Part shown: piece by piece, positions 57,848-64,000 of the stretch
How positions within the stretch are numbered: position 1 is the stretch's first letter
Layout of the letters: the number at the start of each line of letters is the position of its first letter
NCBI GenBank assembly: GCA_026413865.1
Contig: JAOAKB010000001.1
Span: forward strand, 69,624-133,623
Source of the DNA: Nitrososphaeria archaeon
Lineage (GTDB): Archaea > Thermoproteota > Nitrososphaeria > JACIWG01
Length of the DNA: 64,000 nucleotides
Direction: 5' to 3'
Notes under the pieces: model-generated
Database searches by the model: none
What the model was told of the DNA's origin: nothing
The model's input: only the letters and a program-made list of their open reading frames with translations
Program-made: the position numbers and the translations under genes

Positions 57848-58804
57848 TCAAATTCTGTTTAGATAATGTTTTACTACACTTTTTACAGCCTGTTCAGAAC
57901 CCATTTTCGGAAACCATCCAGTAGACTTTAGCTTAGAAATATCAAGTAGCATAAATTTTACGTCACCCAACCAGCCTCTTCCATCAACTGTAGCAGGAGA
58001 AAAACAGTATTTTACATCATGTAAACACATTTCCTTTACAATAATGTCCGCTATCTCTTTAACAGTAATCCAGTCATCGTTTCCAACATTATATATTTCA
58101 TAATCTTTTTTAGAAGATAATAAATTTTTGTAAAGGTGTATTGTTGCATCAACAGCATCTTCTACATGAATATAACTTTTTTTCTGTAACCCATCACCTA
58201 AAATTTCAAGCACACGAGAATCTTTTCTAAGCTTGTTTATGAAATCGAATATAACCCCATGACTGCTTCTAGGGCCTATGACGTTCGCATACCTTAATAT
58301 AAGCGACCTTATACCATAAAGTTTTGAATAAGTTATTATGAGGTTTTCGCAGGCAAGCTTGCAGCCACCATATACTGATATCGGCTCAAGTGGATAATAT
58401 TCTTCTGGTGTAGGTATCGTTCGAGCGTCACCATATACAGTACTTGTACTAGCAAAAACAAAATATGATATATCATATTTTCTGCATGCTTCAAGAACAT
58501 TAAAGGTTGATACGACGTTTTCTTCAAAATGGGCTCTTGGGTCGAAAACGCTTACCCTCACTTCAGGGTTTGCAGCATAATGGAAAACTGATTCTATATC
58601 CTCAAAAATGTTATCAAAATCTTTAAAAAATTTAAGGTCAATCGTCTTTAGAGAAAAATATTCTTTACCAAAGTGATGTCTAATATTTTCTATTGAACCA
58701 GAAGACAGGTTATCTAAAACAATAATCTTTTCAAACAAACCTTGGAGCCTGTCAACAATATGGCTTCCTATAAAGCCAGCGCCACCAGTAACCACAGAAT
58801 TCAT
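57848..58804 (-). CDS. NAD-dependent nucleoside-diphosphate-sugar epimerase/dehydratase
   Basis: VTGGAGFIGSHIV Rossmann motif and a YGGCK (YxxxK) catalytic motif. Confidence 0.85.
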   Translation of the reverse strand: MNSVVTGGAGFIGSHIVDRLQGLFEKIIVLDNLSSGSIENIRHHFGKEYFSLKTIDLKFFKDFDNIFEDIESVFHYAANPEVRVSVFDPRAHFEENVVSTFNVLEACRKYDISYFVFASTSTVYGDARTIPTPEEYYPLEPISVYGGCKLACENLIITYSKLYGIRSLILRYANVIGPRSSHGVIFDFINKLRKDSRVLEILGDGLQKKSYIHVEDAVDATIHLYKNLLSSKKDYEIYNVGNDDWITVKEIADIIVKEMCLHDVKYCFSPATVDGRGWLGDVKFMLLDISKLKSTGWFPKMGSEQAVKSVVKHYLNRI

Positions 58805-58893
58805 AGTAGAATATTATGTTAGATTTTGCATTTAAAGATTTTTATGTTCAATTGCTTATCAACTTAAAATTTATTTTAAAATACTAACAATAT

Positions 58894-58955
58894 TAGCTCA
58901 GGGCATGAATGGCTAATCATCGTGTTCTCATATTCACTGAATTTCTTCATCGCTA
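58894..58955 (-). ncRNA. Candidate C/D box sRNA (weak)
   Basis: The minus strand reads TAGC-GATGA-(15 nt)-ATGA-GAAC-ACGATGA-(15 nt)-CTGA-GCTA. This gives complementary termini (UAGC/GCUA), two GAUGA boxes and a terminal CUGA. Against it, both C boxes have C instead of U at position 2, and both spacers are 15 nt rather than about 12. Confidence 0.3.
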
Positions 58956-59033
58956 CAATATTAAAGTGTTTATGAACATAAAAACTTTTAATTTATAGCT
59001 CACGCTAAATAGGAAAACCTTTAGAAGCTAGAT

Positions 59034-59774
59034 TTAGATGTAAAGTTCCGGAGCCTTAGGTTGAACAGATTTAGACTGTTCCCTTAAAGTTTTAATCATG
59101 AACTCATACTTTTTAGCTTCTTCAACAAGTTCTGTTAAATCAATCTTAAGCCTTGGAACAAGTTTGTTCACTGTTTCAAGAAGCTTTACAGCAGCCCTAT
59201 ACTCTTCAGCCTGACTATATAATGGTGTAACCAATGTTATCACATCAAAATTTTCAAGTCTACCCTCATTCAATAGTATAGCGGATAAGCCTGTTATAAC
59301 ACCATAATCCAACTGTCTTATACCGGCATCAGAAAGCTTTTCCCTCATCTCATCCGTACTACCTATACCGAAAACTTCCTCTGGCATAACCTTTCTCTCC
59401 AAACCTTCTAGTGGGAGACCAAGTAATGTTATTATGTAACTGCAACCCCTAGTCTTACACCAGTCAAGCATAGCTCTAGCAAGATTTCTACTCAACTTTA
59501 ACGGTATAACAAATTCTGAAAGAAAGACAGCAATCTTAAGTTCTTCACTAGCATAAACTCTTGCCGGACACTTTGGCTTACCAGCGTATATCATGCTAAC
59601 CGGTGGAAAAAGGGTTGAATCTATTGCCGCAACCTGGTCAAGGTTCAAAAAAGATACAAGAAAATTTGCTGCAATAGCACTTGAAAGGCTAACCATTGGA
59701 ATACCGTCTATGATAACACTTCCCTTAAGGTTAGGCTTCTTATAGTCCACAATCTTAACAACATTATCAGACAT
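59034..59774 (-). CDS. PAC2-family protein (archaeal proteasome assembly chaperone-like)
   Basis: ~245 aa. LKGSVIIDGIPMVSLSSAIAANFLV...PPVSMIY...ITLLGLP fits the PAC2/COG1938 pattern as I recall it. Confidence 0.5.
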   Translation of the reverse strand: MSDNVVKIVDYKKPNLKGSVIIDGIPMVSLSSAIAANFLVSFLNLDQVAAIDSTLFPPVSMIYAGKPKCPARVYASEELKIAVFLSEFVIPLKLSRNLARAMLDWCKTRGCSYIITLLGLPLEGLERKVMPEEVFGIGSTDEMREKLSDAGIRQLDYGVITGLSAILLNEGRLENFDVITLVTPLYSQAEEYRAAVKLLETVNKLVPRLKIDLTELVEEAKKYEFMIKTLREQSKSVQPKAPELYI

Positions 59775-59878
59775 AATACGATATTGCTTTACTTTCTATT
59801 ATAAAGATTTACATTTTTTCCAAAACACTTAAAAGGGAATAGTTTAGAGTATCTGCCATATAAAATGGTGTAGAAATT

Positions 59879-60310
59879 TTGTCAGAAAAATTTTATGGAG
59901 AAAGAAAACCTGTTGAATCAAAAGTAGGACAGCTAACACTTTCATCAAAAGCAGTTAATGTGACAGCAAAAGTTGTTTCTAAAAGTGAAGTGAAAAGTGT
60001 TACTTCTGGAAAAGATGGTATGCCACATCAAGTATGTGATGCACTAGTAGGAGACAGTACAGGATGTATAGTTTTAACGTTATGGGACAAGAATATAGAG
60101 GCAGTGGAAGTTGGAGGAACAGTTAGAGTAGAAAATGGTTATGTTAGCCTATATAGGGGAAACATGAGATTAAACATTGGAAGATTCGGAAAAATAGAGA
60201 AGACAGAAATGTTACCAGAGGAAGTGAATACAGAAAATAATCTTTCAGAAAAAGTTTACGAGCAACATTTCAGAAAAAGGAGAGGATACAGGGGATATAG
60301 AAGATATTAG
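59879..60310 (+). CDS. ssb: Single-OB-fold ssDNA-binding protein (Sulfolobus SSB type)
   Basis: KVGQL...VNVTAKVV...ALVGDSTGCIVLTLWDKNIEAVEVGGTVRVENGYVSLYRGNMRLNIG parallels S. solfataricus SSB. The tail is basic (RKRRGYRGYRRY). Confidence 0.8.
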   Translation: MSEKFYGERKPVESKVGQLTLSSKAVNVTAKVVSKSEVKSVTSGKDGMPHQVCDALVGDSTGCIVLTLWDKNIEAVEVGGTVRVENGYVSLYRGNMRLNIGRFGKIEKTEMLPEEVNTENNLSEKVYEQHFRKRRGYRGYRRY

Positions 60311-60336
60311 ATTAAAAAAAATGAGAGTGGGAGAGT

Positions 60337-61773
60337 TTAGCTAGCCCATGGAGGCTGGAAGAGAGTCCATATTATAAAGTATGTTACACAGGTAGCGCCC
60401 CAAGCATAGTTTATACCAAGATTATACCATTTTGGTCTTATGGGCTTAGGTAGAAGTTTATAGTTCATAGAAGGTATAATAAAGCATAGGAAGCCATGAG
60501 CTAAGTTTCCCAGCCAGTTTACAGCAAGCCATATAACGTATGGTGTACCCAATGGTATAGCACAAACACCCCAAATAACGACTATAGCCAACATAACAAA
60601 GTACCAGAAACGATAAGGCCTCTTCCCAGTCTTCTCTGGAATTTCAAGATATAGTGTATCAGCCCACTGTCTTGCAATACCATCATAGACTGAAAACTGG
60701 CTGTCAAACAATGAGGCAATTATAACAATTCCAAAAAGGGAGAAAGCAATTGGACCCCAAACTTTACCGAATATTTCTGCAATGACAACAGCAATTCTCC
60801 ATCCTGAAGGAACCTTTAATCCGTATATGCTTGCCGCAGTATATCCTGCAACACTAACTATGTAAGTAAACCAGATACCACCCAATATGATGAAGAACAG
60901 TATCATAGTTATACCGTTTACTTTCATCCATTGACTAAACTTTTTAAGTTCATTTGGATTATTTGTGTCAAAGATATAGCCTGAACGTCTAATATCCTCA
61001 GGCTTCCAAGCCAATCCTGTTACATGGCCCATGTATGCTGACATACCCATACCCTTCTCTCTAACCCAGTAAGTGTGCCAGAAGTTCCAGAAACCTCCAG
61101 CAGGCTGATTCAAGAATGGACCTATAGCTGCAATAGTTATACCGGCTGGAATTAGGCCGAAGCTAAGCCAGTCCGTTGCAACCTTAGCGAATGCAGAAGG
61201 AGGACTCATGAGTATTGTGAATATTGTTATACCTAAGTTTGCAATAATGAATGCACCATACATCAAGTATTCAAGAGTTTTATAAACAAATGGACTTGCT
61301 GCAAAAAGCAGGAACACAAGCGCTAATGCTACAACCGCCCACTGCTCCCAAGTTCCAATACCCATAAGTGCAGCAGCACCTGCTGCAGCACCACCAATCC
61401 ATGCAGGCCAAGCTTGCTGAATGAAAACGAATATTGCGGTAAACCATGTCCAGAACTTTCTCGGCTTAAGCTTGTGGAAGCCTTGCATAATAGTCTCTCC
61501 AGTAGCGATACCATATCTTGCAATCTCATTGTTTAAGAAGAGCTGTGTAAAACATGATACCAGATACAACCAGAAAATGCCTGTAAGCATTTGAGCGCTC
61601 ACATAACCTGCATGGTATGCTTCGAATCCTCCTACTGAGAGAGTGCCTAAGATTACGGCTGGACCACACCATTTTATAAGTCCACGGAGAGAAAGTGGTG
61701 GTGGGTCGGGCATTGGTTTTATTTCCCATTGTGGATCGTCAGAACTTTTAACATCTGTTTTTGCAGATGTCAT
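60337..61773 (-). CDS. Nramp-superfamily-like polytopic transporter (substrate unknown)
   Basis: 478 aa with about 11-12 TM helices. CGPAVILGTLSVGGFEAYHAG occupies the position of the Nramp TM1 motif, but there is no DPGN. It is an intact paralogue of the pseudogene at 44715-45514. Confidence 0.5.
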   Translation of the reverse strand: MTSAKTDVKSSDDPQWEIKPMPDPPPLSLRGLIKWCGPAVILGTLSVGGFEAYHAGYVSAQMLTGIFWLYLVSCFTQLFLNNEIARYGIATGETIMQGFHKLKPRKFWTWFTAIFVFIQQAWPAWIGGAAAGAAALMGIGTWEQWAVVALALVFLLFAASPFVYKTLEYLMYGAFIIANLGITIFTILMSPPSAFAKVATDWLSFGLIPAGITIAAIGPFLNQPAGGFWNFWHTYWVREKGMGMSAYMGHVTGLAWKPEDIRRSGYIFDTNNPNELKKFSQWMKVNGITMILFFIILGGIWFTYIVSVAGYTAASIYGLKVPSGWRIAVVIAEIFGKVWGPIAFSLFGIVIIASLFDSQFSVYDGIARQWADTLYLEIPEKTGKRPYRFWYFVMLAIVVIWGVCAIPLGTPYVIWLAVNWLGNLAHGFLCFIIPSMNYKLLPKPIRPKWYNLGINYAWGATCVTYFIIWTLFQPPWAS

Positions 61774-61870
61774 GGAATAATAGTATTGTATTTTGTATAT
61801 TTAAACTTTAATTTTTTAATAATTTTTTATTTTAAAAATTTTTTTATTATTTTCTCTCTTTTTAAAAAAT

Positions 61871-62797
61871 TTAAGCACTAGCGTCCTTCTGCTTCACCAA
61901 TAATATTCTTTTACAGTAAGAGCATATTTCGTTTGTCGATGGAAAATTGCATAACCTGCATCTTGTTAGTTCAGGCTTTGGAAACACATTTTCTATCATT
62001 GGTATCAGTTCTAGAAAACGGTTTAATATGATGTATTTGAAGCCTGGGTCTTCTTCTGAAAATCTTTCAAGTAACTGCATATATTTTCTGATACCAGTCT
62101 GACTAGCATGTGGGCAACCTAGGCTTCTTATTGGAAGCTCACCATATAAGCAGTAGAGTAGGTTTTCTTTTTCTGGAGAACGTATTAGAGGCTTAACCTT
62201 ATAGGCCATATTCTCAGCCAAAGGAGGTAAAAGTGGCTTTATTCTTGTAAGCTGGCTCCAGTTGCCGTTAAAGAATGTGTTAAGCATAACACTAGCAATA
62301 TCATCAAGATTATGTCCTGTAGCAAGAACTCTAACATTTGCTTCTAAAGCCATTTCCTCAAAAATGTGACGCTTTATTGTTCCACATATGGAGCAAATTT
62401 TTCTTTTAAAACGTGTTTTCATAAAATCTTCTATTGTGAAACCAAGCCTTTTTTTAACGTCGAAGACATAAAGTTCTATGTCCAATGATTTTACCAGAAG
62501 CCTTACCCTGGATTCACAATGATCAGAATATTCTGGAATACCAAGATTTATGTGTAATGCTTTAAGTTCAAGTTTTGGAAAAGCTTTACTTAACGAATGT
62601 ATTAGTGCAGAACTATCCTTGCCCCCTGAAACAGCAACTCCTACAACATCGTCTTCCCTAAACATTTTGAACTCTTCAACAGTATTCTTAACACGTCTAA
62701 CATAAAATTCTAGAAAACACTTTTGGCACAAGCTCATTTTGGCATAGGGAAGATATGCTATAACAGTTCCAGAACCACACATCCTACAATATGGCAT
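61871..62797 (-). CDS. PP-loop ATPase of the TtuA/NcsA (tRNA 2-thiolation) family
   Basis: N-terminal CRMCG...CQKC, the PP-loop VAVSGGKDSSAL, central CSICG, and C-terminal CRLCN...CSYC. Confidence 0.75.
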   Translation of the reverse strand: MPYCRMCGSGTVIAYLPYAKMSLCQKCFLEFYVRRVKNTVEEFKMFREDDVVGVAVSGGKDSSALIHSLSKAFPKLELKALHINLGIPEYSDHCESRVRLLVKSLDIELYVFDVKKRLGFTIEDFMKTRFKRKICSICGTIKRHIFEEMALEANVRVLATGHNLDDIASVMLNTFFNGNWSQLTRIKPLLPPLAENMAYKVKPLIRSPEKENLLYCLYGELPIRSLGCPHASQTGIRKYMQLLERFSEEDPGFKYIILNRFLELIPMIENVFPKPELTRCRLCNFPSTNEICSYCKRILLVKQKDASA

Positions 62798-62909
62798 AAC
62801 AGCTCATAATAGGATGTAGTAAGCTTCATTTAAGAACTTTAAAAAGAATGTACTAAAGCCTACAGAAAAAATTTGTGAAAAGAAAAACTTTTATAAAAAT
62901 ATTAAGAAT

Positions 62910-63404
62910 GTGATTACAAGTTTGAAAATAAGATGTGAGCTTAAGCCAGGAGATATCGGAGAAATTATAAAATTTCATGGAATAACATATTCTAAAGAAT
63001 ATGGTTATGACCTTACATTCGAAGCATATGTTGCAGAAGGTTTAGCGGAATTTATAAAATCTTACAGTGCTGAAAAAGATTGTGTCTGGATTGTGGAAGA
63101 CGATAAAAAGATTATTGGATGTATAGCTGTCTTTGGACGATCTAAAGATTGTGCCCAAATCAGATGGTTCCTTGTCCACCCAGAATATAGGGGAAAAGGT
63201 TTAGGAAAAAAGCTTTTAGAGAAAGCAATTGAATTTTGCAAAAATTATGGCTATAGGAATATTTATCTTTGGACTACAAGTGAACTTGCTGTTGCAAAGA
63301 AACTTTATACCGGCTTCGGATTTGTTAAAACTGAAGAAAAAAAGCATAGGATATGGGGCAAAGATATAGTGGAAGAAAAGTATGAGTTAAGGGTTTGGAA
63401 ATAA
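62910..63404 (+). CDS. GNAT family N-acetyltransferase
   Basis: RWFLVHPEYRGKGLGKKLLEKAIEF is the acetyl-CoA binding R/QxxGxG/A motif. GTG start. Confidence 0.8.
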   Translation: MITSLKIRCELKPGDIGEIIKFHGITYSKEYGYDLTFEAYVAEGLAEFIKSYSAEKDCVWIVEDDKKIIGCIAVFGRSKDCAQIRWFLVHPEYRGKGLGKKLLEKAIEFCKNYGYRNIYLWTTSELAVAKKLYTGFGFVKTEEKKHRIWGKDIVEEKYELRVWK

Positions 63405-63472
63405 AACTTTTTTAAAGTAAAAATTAAATATTTTAACATACTGTATTTTTGGCGTCTATAAAGGGTGAATTT

Positions 63473-64000
63473 TTGGAACTAGAATCCGACTTACATTCTA
63501 TTTTAGATAAAGCTGAAAGCTATGGTGTCTCATATGCGGATATAAGGTATCAAGAATACTATTATGAAAGTATTTTAGTCGAGAACAAGGTTTTAAAGAA
63601 CTATTCTTCAAGAAAATTTTCTGGAGTAGGAATAAGAGTTATCATTGAGGGGGCAATGGGATATGCTTCAACATGTAATATAGCTCCTGAAAATCTTTTA
63701 AAAACATTAGATAATGCAATAAATGTTGCAAAAGCTTTAGGTAAAAGAGAAAAAAAGACCTTAGATTTTGAAGTAAACAGGGCTGAGGTTAGGTCAAAGT
63801 TTAAAGTTGACCCAATAAACGTTTCTCCAGAAGAAAAGACTGCAATCGCTTTAGACGCCAATAAGGCAGCTTTTATAGGAGACAAGATAAAGAATGCTTT
63901 AACTAGACTCGGATTTTCAAAGGACAACAGACTTTTCATGTCGACAAACGGAGCAAAGGTTAGGGTTGAGACAATAATGTCGGGTCTCTGGCATGAAAGT
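63473..64000 (+). CDS. tldD: TldD/PmbA family metalloprotease (3' end cut by window edge)
   Basis: This ORF is not in the supplied track because it runs off the window. The frame is open from TTG 63473 (alternative TTG 63449) to nt 64000. The translation LELESDLHSILDKAESYGVSYADIRYQEYYYESILVENKVLKNYSSRKFSGVGIRVIIEGAMGYAST matches the TldD N-terminus pattern. Confidence 0.7.
   Translation, partial: MELESDLHSILDKAESYGVSYADIRYQEYYYESILVENKVLKNYSSRKFSGVGIRVIIEGAMGYASTCNIAPENLLKTLDNAINVAKALGKREKKTLDFEVNRAEVRSKFKVDPINVSPEEKTAIALDANKAAFIGDKIKNALTRLGFSKDNRLFMSTNGAKVRVETIMSGLWHES

Noticed and set aside
61790-61870. An A/T homopolymer-rich stretch between the transporter and the TtuA-like gene; considered as a repeat element.
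   Set aside because: It is simple low-complexity AT-rich intergenic DNA carrying convergent/divergent signals, with no defined repeat unit.
63601-63939. A 112-aa minus-strand ORF listed in the track.
   Set aside because: The opposite strand carries an open frame from 63473 to the window end with a clear TldD-like N-terminus. The minus-strand ORF is its shadow.
1-64000. A CRISPR array, rRNA genes or additional tRNAs.
   Set aside because: I saw no regularly spaced direct repeats. The only GC-rich structured island in intergenic DNA is the tRNA-Lys at 45585-45658. The other intergenic regions are uniformly AT-rich.

Overview
This is an AT-rich, gene-dense archaeal chromosome segment with about 65 protein genes, one tRNA, no rRNA and no CRISPR array. 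All homology calls rest on motifs read by eye in the supplied translations; no searches were run.

Core content:
- radA, cut at the window edge.
- Ether-lipid genes: a Tes-like radical SAM protein, GGGP synthase and geranylgeranyl reductase.
- ABCE1, Trm5, thermosome and IMPDH.
- ADP-forming acetyl-CoA synthetase alpha and beta genes with a Pat-type GNAT between them, next to an AMP-forming ACS.
- A tungsten-type AOR with an FeS partner.
- The minus-strand cluster rpoH-rpoB-rpoA-L30e-nusA-S12-S7-EF1alpha-S10.

Lineage markers visible in the sequence point to a TACK/Thermoproteota-like thermophile; I cannot place it further:
- rpoB is unsplit.
- rpoA is one 1264-aa ORF, with A' and A'' fused.
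- There is no EF-2 gene between S7 and EF-1alpha.
- The SSB is the Sulfolobus single-OB type.

The accessory part lies at about 43.6-57.2 kb. It contains:
- An orphan kinase-like gene.
- A decayed Nramp-like paralogue with a phase-correct A-AAA-AAG slippery heptamer.
- tRNA-Lys(UUU).
- An ~8 kb type-IV-pilus-like locus.
- An overlapping pair of a truncated TFB-like factor and a ParB-like protein.
- A short ArsR plus ACR3.

The pilus-like locus is the best candidate for an undescribed system. It encodes five small and one giant protein with prepilin-type N-termini, an intact secretion ATPase, a FlaJ/TadC-like platform protein, and a second ATPase paralogue whose Walker A and His box are destroyed. 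The adjacent TFB/ParB pair is a candidate dedicated regulator.

Other notable points are a bacterial/eukaryotic type II pantothenate kinase coupled to an ECF-S-like membrane protein, and the ACD-GNAT-ACS arrangement.
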